This document shows, piece by piece, positions 36,581 to 46,818 of a DNA stretch of 64,000 bases. Numbering within the stretch: position 1 is the first letter of the stretch; each line of letters opens with the position of its first letter. This DNA is from a virus. Location of the stretch: the IMG/VR virus record IMGVR_UViG_3300027714_000005; one strand, written 5' to 3'. A program made the position numbers and the translations under genes. The notes beneath the pieces were generated by a model. It had not been told where the DNA came from, made no database searches, and was given only the letters and a program-made list of their open reading frames with translations.

Positions 36581-37177
36581 ATGAACATACTAAAGACAGT
36601 CCTTGTAGCAGGGACTTTAATTACTGCCGCACCTGCATTTTCCGCAGGAGACTACACCGAAAAGAACTTCAAACTTGTAAGTAAAGACACGGGGACATCT
36701 GTCCAATACCGTGGATACACCAGTGGTGACCAGTTCACTATGGTTGGAGTTGCACAAAAAGTTGGTAAGTGGAAAGTCGGGTATCGCAACACCAAGTCTA
36801 AAGGCAAGACCGAAAACCGTTATCGCATCACTGCACCGAAAGTATTCTCCCTAATGGGTGTTACTATGAAACCTCGTGCAGAGTGGAGAGAGTGGGAATC
36901 TGACCAGAAAGATTCATACCTACGTTTAACACCCGTTATTCAAACCGGAGGAGACATCACCAATAAACTATCATGGTTTCTTGATGTCAAACCTAAGTTT
37001 GCTTTTGGTAAGGTAGGCACCGATAATGGTCGTTTGGAAAGTGTACAGAATGATCTTGGAGTTGATTACCAATTCAATGATTACATTAGTGCAGGAATCT
37101 TCTACGAGTATGTGGCTGACGATAACTTTTCGAAAAAAGATGATTTCTTCGGAACAAGTATAGTCGTTAAGTTCTAG
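36581..37177 (+). CDS. small outer-membrane beta-barrel (KdgM-like porin)
   Basis: Signal peptide ending AFS-A, alternating beta strands, terminal Phe (SIVVKF). Confidence 0.7.
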   Translation: MNILKTVLVAGTLITAAPAFSAGDYTEKNFKLVSKDTGTSVQYRGYTSGDQFTMVGVAQKVGKWKVGYRNTKSKGKTENRYRITAPKVFSLMGVTMKPRAEWREWESDQKDSYLRLTPVIQTGGDITNKLSWFLDVKPKFAFGKVGTDNGRLESVQNDLGVDYQFNDYISAGIFYEYVADDNFSKKDDFFGTSIVVKF

Positions 37178-37179
37178 TC

Positions 37180-38607
37180 ATGGAAATCCTAGTTCTTTTA
37201 CTAGGAGTTCTGTACGGTCTACTAATTGGGGTTATCCCTGCCGCTGGTGCTACTACGGGTCTGGTTACTATCTTTGCATTCTTGCATTGGTTTCCCGACC
37301 CTTACCTTGCAGTAATATTCTGCATGGCAGTGGTCGCTGCGTCAACGACTGGGGATAGTTTCAGTGGTATTCTTCTAGGAATCCCTGGCGCAAACTCTGC
37401 CGCAACTACGATGATTGATGGTCACCCCCTTGCGCTTCAAGGAAAGTCAACCTATGCGTTGACTGCCGCAATCACATCGTCAACAGTAAACGGACTACTC
37501 TGGGGTGGTCTGGTGTTCTTCTTCCTTCCCTATTACGGTAAATTGGTTTACTTCTTTGGCATCCCAGAGTTGTGGATATTCACTTTACTTGCATTCGTGT
37601 GTGTTGTTTTTATATCGAGTAAACTGTGGGTTAGGAGTATTGTTGCACTATTGATAGGTTTATTCCTTGGTGCGGTTGGTACTGACCCCAATACTGCGGG
37701 TGAGAGATTCACGGGTGGTTGGTTTTATATCGAAGACGGTATTCAATTGATGCCTCTGGTCGCAGGACTCTTTGCATTCCCCGAACTGATTGCAGGATTG
37801 AAACGTGGTGGTACTATTGCACCTATCCTGTCAGGGTTCGAACAGAGACGTGAAGGGTTCAAGGCAGTATGGGACAACCGATGGTTATCACTGAGAGGTG
37901 GTTTCATCGGTGCTATCATAGGGATGTTGCCAGCACTCGGTGGTGCGGTAGGTGATTGGATTGCATACGGACAGACTGTTGCAACCAACCCAGACGAAAC
38001 ATTTGGTAACGGGAACATCAAAGGTGTAATTGGGCCGGAGGGTGTAAACAATGCACAGAAGGCAACATCAATGTTACCGACCGTCTTGTTTGGAATTCCA
38101 GGCGCATCATTCGCTGCTGTTCTGTTATCACTGTTTGCATACCTCGACTTTGAGATGGGTTCCTTTGATTTACTAGAAGATGGAAAGTTCTTTTCAAGCT
38201 TGACTTTTGGGTTCATGTATGGTAGTATAATAGTTGGGATAATTTGTATAGTTGCGATGCCATTGGTTGCATCCTTCACACAGGTTAAGTTCAAGTACTA
38301 TGCACCACTCATATTCGCATTCGTCACGTGGGCTTGTGTACAGTACACGGGTGGTTGGCAAGACTACTTTGTGTTGGTACTATGTACTATAATGGGTCTC
38401 ATACTTAGAAAATATAAGTTTAGTAGACCCGCATTGTTATTAGGGTTTCTGTTGAGTGAAAGGATTGAGAACCTTACACATCAAATGACTGGACTCTACA
38501 CATTAGAATCGGTGATGGATAGACCCCTATTCATTATCTTAACCATTATTACTTTAGGAGTATTCACATGGGGATTATCAAGAAAATCGCAATTGGACTT
38601 TGCTTAG
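37180..38607 (+). CDS. tctA: tripartite tricarboxylate transporter permease TctA
   Basis: ILLGIPG.NS.ATT..DG.PLA.QG, GLFA.PE, GVIGPE..NNA, LFGIPG, SRPALL.GF.L. Confidence 0.92.
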   Translation: MEILVLLLGVLYGLLIGVIPAAGATTGLVTIFAFLHWFPDPYLAVIFCMAVVAASTTGDSFSGILLGIPGANSAATTMIDGHPLALQGKSTYALTAAITSSTVNGLLWGGLVFFFLPYYGKLVYFFGIPELWIFTLLAFVCVVFISSKLWVRSIVALLIGLFLGAVGTDPNTAGERFTGGWFYIEDGIQLMPLVAGLFAFPELIAGLKRGGTIAPILSGFEQRREGFKAVWDNRWLSLRGGFIGAIIGMLPALGGAVGDWIAYGQTVATNPDETFGNGNIKGVIGPEGVNNAQKATSMLPTVLFGIPGASFAAVLLSLFAYLDFEMGSFDLLEDGKFFSSLTFGFMYGSIIVGIICIVAMPLVASFTQVKFKYYAPLIFAFVTWACVQYTGGWQDYFVLVLCTIMGLILRKYKFSRPALLLGFLLSERIENLTHQMTGLYTLESVMDRPLFIILTIITLGVFTWGLSRKSQLDFA

Positions 38608-39641
38608 TCTTAACTACACAAGCATTTGCTGATGTAACACTAGTCGTTCCACAAAAGGTTGGTGGAGGAACATCTGTATGGGCATCAATTGTCGCAAAGG
38701 AGATGGAGAAGTATCTGGATGAGAAAGTTATCCTACAACACTATCCGTCTGCACGTGACATCGGTGGATTCAATAAATTTCATAATGAGTATAAAGATCG
38801 AGACGATGTCATCATGGTATCGCATGGTGGTAACGGAGTATCGTTCTTAACGGAAGAGGTTGATTATGTTTACGCAGACTACGAAAGTATTGGTCTGATG
38901 AACCTCAACATCATTGTGGCAAAGAGAAAAGACTTCAACCCCGACACTAGTGTGATTAAGTTCTCTGCTGGTTCGGGACAAACTCCCGAAGCATTTGCAA
39001 TAACATTGTTACAGTGTGGGTGGTTACCTACAACACAACTGTATGTTGACTGTTTTAAAGACGAGGTTGTATGGGTATCTGGTATGTCTGGGGGTGAACG
39101 TAGGCTCGCATTCCGTAGAGGAGAACTCAATGGTACACGTGAGAATCCCGCTGCATACAAGAAACACGTGAGTCAAGATGAGAACGCAGAAGTATGGTTC
39201 CATCACGGTATCATAGTGCCACCTTTACATGAGGGACAAATCGCAAAACATATCGATGATGAGAATTATAAGGGTTACTTGTTAGAAGACCTATTCTTTC
39301 AGAAATGGGGATACGCACCAAAGGGTGACTTCTACGAAGCATACAAACTAGTTAAGTCATTCCGTGATGGTATGCAGAAGGCATTGTGGGTACATAAGGG
39401 TAATCCGAACCGTGACCGTTATGTTGCCGCACTCAATAAAGTTGCGTCCAACCCTGAGTCTATTGCCGCAGTTGCAAAGAAAGTCGGCAATTACGATTGG
39501 TACACTGGAGTTCAGGGTGACGAACATCGTGATATTTTGATGACGCTTATTGATGAGGGTTCTCTCGGAACATTGATTGACTTTAATCGTTCCGCATTGG
39601 GTCTTGATGCGGTGTACAAGGAAGAGTTACTTGTCCAATAA
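38568..39641 (+). CDS. tctC: TctC/Bug-like periplasmic binding protein
   Basis: Signal peptide (AFA-D), TLVVPQKVGGGTS, GGERRLAF.RGEL; adjacent to tctA. Confidence 0.75.
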   Translation: MGIIKKIAIGLCLVLTTQAFADVTLVVPQKVGGGTSVWASIVAKEMEKYLDEKVILQHYPSARDIGGFNKFHNEYKDRDDVIMVSHGGNGVSFLTEEVDYVYADYESIGLMNLNIIVAKRKDFNPDTSVIKFSAGSGQTPEAFAITLLQCGWLPTTQLYVDCFKDEVVWVSGMSGGERRLAFRRGELNGTRENPAAYKKHVSQDENAEVWFHHGIIVPPLHEGQIAKHIDDENYKGYLLEDLFFQKWGYAPKGDFYEAYKLVKSFRDGMQKALWVHKGNPNRDRYVAALNKVASNPESIAAVAKKVGNYDWYTGVQGDEHRDILMTLIDEGSLGTLIDFNRSALGLDAVYKEELLVQ

Positions 39642-40182
39642 GTACATATTAGTGACAGGTGCGCCAGGCAGTCGTTGGAGTGGATTCGTCAACGACTGCC
39701 TGTACACTCGTCCTGATGTAGATACTAGTGACCAGTCTCCCAATAGAGAGTATTGGGCTCATGGTGACTTAATGCATAAGGGTGCATACTTCGACCCTAG
39801 TTTCGAGTTCATGAATTCTCCAGAGTCTGAATGGGATAAACCATTTAGTGGTACTGGTTATAGAGTAATCAAGTCACACACGTTTGCGTTTATGTTGGAT
39901 AGGTTAAAGGAACATGGTCACGATATGTATTTGATACATAGACCTGATGACGAGTGTTATGAGTGGTGGCACACGGCTGGTGGTTGGGATATTACCTATC
40001 CAGACTACAGACGTTACTACTGGGATAATGATGGGATGAAAGACCAAATTAGATTACAGAACAAACACATTCTGGACTTTGTCAAACAGGAAGGTCTTGA
40101 AGGTTATGATGACGGAAAGAGGACGATATATCGATGGCGACCCCCTACAAATACACGAAAGAATTTGACCGAAACTGGTTGA
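39631..40182 (+). CDS. sulfotransferase/P-loop-like hypothetical protein
   Basis: LVTGAPGSRWSG ... VIKSH; TTG start after AGGAAGAG. Confidence 0.55.
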   Translation: MSNKYILVTGAPGSRWSGFVNDCLYTRPDVDTSDQSPNREYWAHGDLMHKGAYFDPSFEFMNSPESEWDKPFSGTGYRVIKSHTFAFMLDRLKEHGHDMYLIHRPDDECYEWWHTAGGWDITYPDYRRYYWDNDGMKDQIRLQNKHILDFVKQEGLEGYDDGKRTIYRWRPPTNTRKNLTETG

Positions 40183-40691
40183 AGGATTACTTTACATACG
40201 ACTGGCCCACATCACGAACTGCGGGTCTTGATGGTTATTACTGGACAGGATTTAGGTTAATAGATGAAATCAAAGAAGGGGAACGAGTTCTGGATGTTGG
40301 TTGTGGTCTCAATCCTTTTAAGCGTCACATTACCAATCTTCATGGAATTGATATCACAGACATAGGGTCTGATGAACAGGTTCCTGTAGAATACTTTAAG
40401 ACCGAAGAGAAGTATGATGTTGCGTTTGCACTGGGTAGTATCAACTTCGGTCACTACGATATGATTAAGAGTCAGACCGAAGGAATGGTCAATGCACTGA
40501 AACAGAAATCTCGCATCTATTGGAGATGTAATCCTGCACACCGTGACCACGGTAATGACAAAGTGAAGGATGTGCCATTCTTTCATTGGAGACTGGAACA
40601 CCACCTCTTGTTAGCAAAACGTTTTGGATACGAAGTAACAGAATTTATGCCTGACAAGAACAGGTACTACGTAAAATGGGAAAGAAAATGA
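40134..40691 (+). CDS. class I SAM methyltransferase
   Basis: VLDVGCG, GID, YDVAFALGSINF. Confidence 0.8.
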   Translation: MATPYKYTKEFDRNWLKDYFTYDWPTSRTAGLDGYYWTGFRLIDEIKEGERVLDVGCGLNPFKRHITNLHGIDITDIGSDEQVPVEYFKTEEKYDVAFALGSINFGHYDMIKSQTEGMVNALKQKSRIYWRCNPAHRDHGNDKVKDVPFFHWRLEHHLLLAKRFGYEVTEFMPDKNRYYVKWERK

Positions 40692-41392
40692 ACCACAAAA
40701 TATTCATCCACATACCTAAGAATGGTGGGATGACAATAAGAAAAAACCAGACGATTAGACAACAAGTCATCTTTTCTTCAACGAATAATCATAAGAGTGC
40801 TGCATACACCAAGGGCCTTGAAGAGAAGATGCACAACACCAAAGACCACCAAGGGTACGAACACGCACGTTGGAGAGACCTGAAGACTGATGTTCAGGAG
40901 AATTTCCAAGCAGTTGCAATCGTTCGTAATCCTTGGGATAGGGTTATGTCTCGGTTTAACTTTGCGAAGAAAGTAATGTACCACGAAGGAACCCAACCAA
41001 AAGACTATGCAGATGTATCATCCTTTGAGGCATTCCTAGAGGAACGTCATAAGTGGGGTGGTCAAGAGTATATGTGGCATCGTGCAATCCGTGGATGGTA
41101 TCCCGCATACGACCATGTGAGTGACTTGGAAGGAAACAACCGATGTGACATACTGCGGTTCGAGAACTATAACGATGACGTGAAACTATACTTCGGTCTA
41201 TTGAGCGACCCGGCTCCCCGCAACATTACTCGTGTACCCAATGATAATGGTAAGACGGGATACGGTACTTCTTATACTGATATATACACTAAAGAGACTA
41301 TACAACTAGTCGCTGACTGGTACAAGAAAGATATAGACTATTGGGGTTTTGACTTTGATACTGGTGCGACTAAAAATTACTGGATTAAATGA
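40688..41392 (+). CDS. sulfotransferase family 2
   Basis: FIHIPKNGG.TI, VRNPWDRVMS, LRFE, D...F. Confidence 0.85.
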   Translation: MNHKIFIHIPKNGGMTIRKNQTIRQQVIFSSTNNHKSAAYTKGLEEKMHNTKDHQGYEHARWRDLKTDVQENFQAVAIVRNPWDRVMSRFNFAKKVMYHEGTQPKDYADVSSFEAFLEERHKWGGQEYMWHRAIRGWYPAYDHVSDLEGNNRCDILRFENYNDDVKLYFGLLSDPAPRNITRVPNDNGKTGYGTSYTDIYTKETIQLVADWYKKDIDYWGFDFDTGATKNYWIK

Positions 41393-42048
41393 TGTTAAAA
41401 GAACTTTTTGACAAATACGGTTGTGATAAGGGAACGGGTAGACACCACTACTATAAAGAATATGAACCCTACATGAAACCCGTAAGAGAGGAGCTCCTCG
41501 GTAGAGGGCCCTCTACCAACGACCCTATCAATATTCTTGAGATTGGTACATTCAAGGGTGCATCTACTCGTGCGTTCCATGAATATTTTCCTAAGGCAAA
41601 CATTTATGTCATAGACTTATTTGACCGTATTCCGTCTAAAGATGTTACAATATTACGCAAAGACCGAGTTCGTTTCATAGAGTCGAACTCTACAGTAAGA
41701 TCACTCCCCAATAAGATTAAAAAAGCATGGGGTACGGATATCAAGTTCGACTTTATTATCGATGACGGTGCACATTGGCCAGAGGCAAATCGACTGACCT
41801 TTGAGAATACCATAGAGTTCTTGAAACCTGATGGGACATATTTTGTCGAAGATGTATGGCCATTGCACTTAATGACACCAACCCAGTTGTTAGATAAATA
41901 TCTCGTCAAGAATCCCGGCCGTTACGACATGGATAAACACCTTCAAATGATGGATGTTTTTAAGAAATACGATATGACATCATATGATCGTAGGGAAGAA
42001 ACCCGCCGCGGTGATACCTATATTATCGCAATGAAACACAAAAAGTAA
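41389..42048 (+). CDS. class I SAM sugar O-methyltransferase-like
   Basis: CDKG..HHY, ILEIG...GAS, FDFIIDDGAH, G.YFVED. Confidence 0.8.
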   Translation: MMLKELFDKYGCDKGTGRHHYYKEYEPYMKPVREELLGRGPSTNDPINILEIGTFKGASTRAFHEYFPKANIYVIDLFDRIPSKDVTILRKDRVRFIESNSTVRSLPNKIKKAWGTDIKFDFIIDDGAHWPEANRLTFENTIEFLKPDGTYFVEDVWPLHLMTPTQLLDKYLVKNPGRYDMDKHLQMMDVFKKYDMTSYDRREETRRGDTYIIAMKHKK

Positions 42049-42057
42049 GGAAATCCA

Positions 42058-43401
42058 ATGAAGTTAATATGTTTTGATTTGGATGGTGTGTTGGTTGACA
42101 CAAAAGGAATTCACTTCGATGCATTGAATGATGCGTTGATTGCACATGGACATGACCCAATCACAAAAGAAGAACATCTATCAAGATATGATGGTCTCAC
42201 CACGGATATGAAACTCCGCCATCTGGGCATTCCTGATGATGATAAGAAAAAGGTTAGTATCTCTAAACAGGCAATAACCTATCTGAAGTTGAATACAATC
42301 AAACCCAATCCTGCAATTACTGAGTTGTTCAAATATCTCAAGAAACAGGAGTATGGGGTTGCTGTATGTTCCAACGCACTAGGACGAACTGTCGAGAAGT
42401 GTCTGTTATCACTGAAACTGTATGACTACATTGACGAGGTGTATACCAGCGAAGACGTATTGAACAACAAACCCCATCCAGAGATTTACTGGAAGGCGAT
42501 GGGTGAATGGGGTGCATATCCCTTCGAGACTGTTATAGTAGAAGATTCTCCGGTGGGTATCACATCCGCATACTATTCCGGTGCAGAAGTCGTTCGTGTC
42601 AGTCACCCTGATGAAGTAAATATGGACTTGGTGTCACGTATCGAGAACGCATTCCCCGCATACGATGCACCTAAGTGGAAAGACTCCACAATGAACGTGT
42701 TGATTCCTATGGCTGGTGCGGGAAGTCGTTTCTCGGATGCGGGATATGTTTTTCCCAAACCATTAATCGATGTTAATAACAAACCTATGATTCAGACAGT
42801 TGTCGAGAATCTAGGGATTGACGCAAACTACATCTTTATCGTACAGAAAGAACATCGTGAGAAGTACAACCTAGACTCCATGTTGAACCTCATTGCACCT
42901 GACTGTACTATTGTAGAGGTTGATGGTGTAACAGAAGGTGCTGCGTGTACTACGTTACTTGCCAGTGAGTTCATTGACAACGATAAACCTTTATTCATTG
43001 CGAACTCAGACCAGTACGTGGAATGGGATTCTTTGGACTTCTTCTATAAGATGCAAGCACGACAAGCGGATGGTGGTATTGTTACTTTCAAAGCAACACA
43101 TCCCAAGTGGTCATTCGCAGAAGTCGATGACGGTCTTGTTAAACGAGTTGCTGAGAAAGACCCGATCAGTGATAATGCAACTGTAGGTTTCTATTACTTC
43201 CGTAAAGGCAGTGACTATGTCAATTCCGCAAAGTCTATGATAGAACAAGATATTCGAACCAACGGTGAGTTCTACGTTGCTCCGGTATTCAACACTGCGA
43301 TTGATGATGGTCTACGTATCTTTGCACACGAAGCGGCCGCAAACTGGGGACTCGGAACACCTGAAGACCTCGAAGCGTACCTACGAGAACACCACTGGTG
43401 A
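42058..43401 (+). CDS. HAD phosphatase fused to sugar-phosphate nucleotidyltransferase
   Basis: FDLDGVL/KPHPEIY/VEDS, then IPMAGAGSRF..PKPLI, NSDQ, EKDPIS, GEFYVAP, LGTPEDL. Confidence 0.9.
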   Translation: MKLICFDLDGVLVDTKGIHFDALNDALIAHGHDPITKEEHLSRYDGLTTDMKLRHLGIPDDDKKKVSISKQAITYLKLNTIKPNPAITELFKYLKKQEYGVAVCSNALGRTVEKCLLSLKLYDYIDEVYTSEDVLNNKPHPEIYWKAMGEWGAYPFETVIVEDSPVGITSAYYSGAEVVRVSHPDEVNMDLVSRIENAFPAYDAPKWKDSTMNVLIPMAGAGSRFSDAGYVFPKPLIDVNNKPMIQTVVENLGIDANYIFIVQKEHREKYNLDSMLNLIAPDCTIVEVDGVTEGAACTTLLASEFIDNDKPLFIANSDQYVEWDSLDFFYKMQARQADGGIVTFKATHPKWSFAEVDDGLVKRVAEKDPISDNATVGFYYFRKGSDYVNSAKSMIEQDIRTNGEFYVAPVFNTAIDDGLRIFAHEAAANWGLGTPEDLEAYLREHHW

Positions 43402-44156
43402 AAACCGCACTATGCATCTCTGGACGATGGAATGACGATTGTTCGCACAAGTGGGTAGACCGTTCTAAACGGTTACTACCCCACGACTACCTATACACTG
43501 GTTCATGGAAAGGTCAAAACACGGTGGACTTCACCGTAGATCACTTCTTTGATGAACCAGAGAACGAGTATCACCCAGTCTTTGACACCGAAGCATATCC
43601 TGATGATGCGTCTGCACTCAGACGTGATGTGTTCCCCCAGTTAATAAAAGAACATGAAGCTGGTGGTTCTTCCCACAGTCAACTTAAACACGCCCTCGCA
43701 TCACAGAACTGGCACAAACAGATTCTAATCCACAACGAGATGATGAAACAATTACCCGATGACATTGATATGGTCATACGTACTCGTTTCGATACAATAG
43801 TCTCCGACCAGTTAGACTGGCAGGGGATGATACAAGAGTCATATGACAAGATAGTTCCTATGGGGTTCAATTGTATGAACTACTACGGTACTCACGACTT
43901 CAATAGAGTTAAGGGCATGGGTAAGGAGACTACTTACTATATCAATGATGCGTTGATTATACATCCCAGAGAGTGTTGGGATACCGACTTAGTGGATAGA
44001 CTATATAAAGATAAGAAGTTAAAGAGTGCAGAAGAGGGATGGTATCAAATACTATCCGAACCTTTTGGTATGTACCACCAGAGTTATCACGGTGGTTGTT
44101 ATTTGTCTGGAAGATGGGATTTGGTGAGAGATGTTGATGCAAGCCTACATAATTAG
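43398..44156 (+). CDS. putative glycosyltransferase-like protein
   Basis: KTALCISG.W, D.VIRTRFD, IND. Confidence 0.6.
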   Translation: MKTALCISGRWNDDCSHKWVDRSKRLLPHDYLYTGSWKGQNTVDFTVDHFFDEPENEYHPVFDTEAYPDDASALRRDVFPQLIKEHEAGGSSHSQLKHALASQNWHKQILIHNEMMKQLPDDIDMVIRTRFDTIVSDQLDWQGMIQESYDKIVPMGFNCMNYYGTHDFNRVKGMGKETTYYINDALIIHPRECWDTDLVDRLYKDKKLKSAEEGWYQILSEPFGMYHQSYHGGCYLSGRWDLVRDVDASLHN

Positions 44157-44847
44157 TATGATAAACAACCACGAGTCAACAGTTGCGACTCGTCATGTTA
44201 TTGAATCAATAAAGAAAACTGGAACAAAACTAGAACCAATCATCCTGCCCGCAACAATTCCTAGTACAATAAAACAAGACCTCGATAACATGGGTCTGGC
44301 CGATTTACAATATACCTATCCAAGAGATGCATCACAAGACGGTCTTGATATGAGAACTGGTCTCCGACTGTCTCATTATCCTACCAACAATCTAAACAAC
44401 AGAATTGCGTGTATGGTATCTCATATGAGATGTTGGCAGAAAGCAATTGATCTAGATGAGACTATTGTTGTCCTAGAACACGATGCATACTTTATAGACA
44501 CTCTCTGTCCAGAGGACTTGACTTCTGAATGGAAAGGTGGTATAATAGGTCTTAATGATCCCAAAGGTGCAACTAGAAGATCACAAGAGTATCATAAGAT
44601 AGCATCTTCTTACGTAGGACTGCAATCAGTTCCAACTATAGATGATTGGGATGTACCACAAGGTCTTGCAGGTAACTCTGCATATATGATATCCCCCAAG
44701 GGTGCTAAGAAACTTATAAGTAAAACCATAGAGATTGGTATGTGGCCCAACGATGCATTGATGTGTAGACAGATGTTCCCGTGGTTACAGATAGTCTATC
44801 CGTATTATACTAAAACACAGGGGTTGAAGTCAACCACAACATCATGA
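44131..44847 (+). CDS. GT25 glycosyltransferase
   Basis: AC..SH..CW, VLEHDA, GNSAY.ISP.GAKKL, PND. Confidence 0.8.
   Translation: MLMQAYIISMINNHESTVATRHVIESIKKTGTKLEPIILPATIPSTIKQDLDNMGLADLQYTYPRDASQDGLDMRTGLRLSHYPTNNLNNRIACMVSHMRCWQKAIDLDETIVVLEHDAYFIDTLCPEDLTSEWKGGIIGLNDPKGATRRSQEYHKIASSYVGLQSVPTIDDWDVPQGLAGNSAYMISPKGAKKLISKTIEIGMWPNDALMCRQMFPWLQIVYPYYTKTQGLKSTTTS
44518..44546 (+). promoter_or_regulatory. intragenic sigma70 promoter
   Basis: TTGACT-17-TATAAT with TG. Confidence 0.55.
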
Positions 44848-45491
44848 AAGCATTCGTAATTACATTAATCAATAACGCCAAGAGCGTTGAAGTTGCACAG
44901 AAATGTGTTGAGTCTGGGAAACGACATGGTATTGATATCTGGAACTTTGAGGCATTCTCTCCAGCAGACGATCCAGTATCATTGTTACAGACCAGAGGTA
45001 TAGACCCCATTCAGTTTGATGAGAAGTATTCTCGCAACCTGAACTGCATCTCAGCATTCCTCTCACACTACGCATTGTGGGAACAGTGTATTAAGAGCAA
45101 CGAAACCTTTGTCATCTTCGAACATGACGCAATCGTTCTTGCACCTATTCCAGAAACAACCTTCAGATATGTAATGAACATCGGTGCACCGTCATATGGT
45201 AATTGGAACACACCTAAGATACTTGGTGTCAATCCCCTCACAACTAAGAGATATTTTCCGGGCGCACACGCCTACATGATCACCCCCGCAGGTGCTAAAC
45301 TATTAATAGAAAATGCACCCATGTATGCGAAACCGACTGACGTGTATATGAACCTAGATACCTTCCCTTGGTTACAGGAATACTATCCATTCTGTGCAGA
45401 GGCAAGAGACTCATTCACGACAATCCAAGTACAAGCTGGGTGTCAAGCAAAACATAACTACAAAGATGGATATGGTATTATCGATGCATGA
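44844..45491 (+). CDS. GT25 glycosyltransferase
   Basis: FLSHYALW..C, IFEHDA, GAHAYMITP.GAK.L, PTD. Confidence 0.8.
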   Translation: MKAFVITLINNAKSVEVAQKCVESGKRHGIDIWNFEAFSPADDPVSLLQTRGIDPIQFDEKYSRNLNCISAFLSHYALWEQCIKSNETFVIFEHDAIVLAPIPETTFRYVMNIGAPSYGNWNTPKILGVNPLTTKRYFPGAHAYMITPAGAKLLIENAPMYAKPTDVYMNLDTFPWLQEYYPFCAEARDSFTTIQVQAGCQAKHNYKDGYGIIDA

Positions 45492-46149
45492 AGTATTTTT
45501 AACTGGGTGCGATGAGAAAACCGCATGGCAGTTACCGTGGTTCGTATCGAACTACCGTAAACATAATAATCACCCAATCATACTCGCAGACTTTGGTATG
45601 AATCCTGACACACGTAAGAAGATGGTGGATGTCTTTGACTTGGTAATAGATGTCAAGAGTGAAGCAAAGGGGTGGTTTAAGAAACCTCGTGCGATACTAG
45701 ATGCCACTAGAGTTGACGGTGTCACTAAAGTTTGTTGGATTGACACTGATTGTGAGATTACGGGTAACATCGAAGCTATCTTTAAACTGACTCACAAGGG
45801 TAAGTTAGGTATGGTTGAAGACCGTCCGTGGACTCAACGTAGACCTGAGATGGGTCGATGGTATAACTCTGGTGTAGTGGTTGTGGAAGGCACACCAAAC
45901 GTCTTGAAGTGGTGGGCAGATGAGTGTATCCGTAATCCTGTACAGGGTGACCAAGAGGTATTATACCTTATGATGAATGGTGATGAGATACAGAAGATGT
46001 CATACATCGAACCTATCCCCCACATATATAACACTTTAAGATTAGACTACATAGATGGTATACAAGTAAAGAACCCTAAGATAGTACATCACACAGGTGC
46101 GAAGGGAAATGCTGTAATAAAAATGTTAATGGAGAAAAATGATGTATGA
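45484..46149 (+). CDS. GT-A glycosyltransferase (GT8/GT77-like)
   Basis: WFKKP, WIDTDC, YNSGV, GDQEVL, IVHHTG. Confidence 0.75.
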   Translation: MHEVFLTGCDEKTAWQLPWFVSNYRKHNNHPIILADFGMNPDTRKKMVDVFDLVIDVKSEAKGWFKKPRAILDATRVDGVTKVCWIDTDCEITGNIEAIFKLTHKGKLGMVEDRPWTQRRPEMGRWYNSGVVVVEGTPNVLKWWADECIRNPVQGDQEVLYLMMNGDEIQKMSYIEPIPHIYNTLRLDYIDGIQVKNPKIVHHTGAKGNAVIKMLMEKNDV

Positions 46150-46552
46150 ATATAGAACAAAGGTAGTACGTGTAGTTGATGGTGATACCGTTGACGTTGA
46201 CGTTGATTTGGGATTCGGAGTATGGCTTCGTAAAGAACGAGTCCGTCTATACGGTATCGATACCCCAGAATCACGAACACGTGACAAAGAAGAAAAGAAG
46301 TATGGACTTGCCGCAAAGGCATTCCTAAAGAAAGCACTTGGTACAAGTCCTATTCTGAAAACAACAAAGGACGGTAAGGGTAAGTATGGTCGTATCCTTG
46401 GTGAGTTTATTGTTGACGATGGAGAGACTGGTACTAGGGTTAATATCAACCAACTACTGATTGAAGAACATCATGCCGCTGCATATCATGGACAGTCAAA
46501 AGATGAAATCGCAGAACAACATTTGATTAACAGAGAACTAGTAAAATTATGA
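46139..46552 (+). CDS. thermonuclease (SNase-like)
   Basis: RVVDGDT, RVRLYGIDTPE, KYGRILG. Confidence 0.9.
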   Translation: MMYEYRTKVVRVVDGDTVDVDVDLGFGVWLRKERVRLYGIDTPESRTRDKEEKKYGLAAKAFLKKALGTSPILKTTKDGKGKYGRILGEFIVDDGETGTRVNINQLLIEEHHAAAYHGQSKDEIAEQHLINRELVKL

Positions 46553-46809
46553 AAATATTACACAACAATGTCCTAGTGACACAAGCAGAAGCAGAAACCG
46601 TTACTGGTGGTGGTATCATTCTACAGAGTGATTTGACATCCGGTAACAAAGCAGCAGTTGTCATCGCAGTCAGTGAAGCAGTCGCTGCAGCGGGTCTAAA
46701 ACAGAAAGACCGAGTGTTCCTTGATTGGAGTAAGTCTATGCCAATCGAAGTTGATGGATTGAAATGTGCTGTGATTGAATATTGTCACATTAGAATGGTT
46801 GTGAACTAA
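46549..46809 (+). CDS. groES: GroES/Cpn10-like co-chaperonin
   Basis: NNVLV, TGGGIIL mobile loop, AVVIAV, DRV.L. Confidence 0.7.
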   Translation: MKILHNNVLVTQAEAETVTGGGIILQSDLTSGNKAAVVIAVSEAVAAAGLKQKDRVFLDWSKSMPIEVDGLKCAVIEYCHIRMVVN

Positions 46810-46818
46810 GAGTAATTT

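Noticed and set aside
38200-38231. Intragenic promoter in tctA
   Set aside because: TTGACT to TATAAT spacing is 20 bp; the 17-bp alternative (TAGTAT) is too weak to call.
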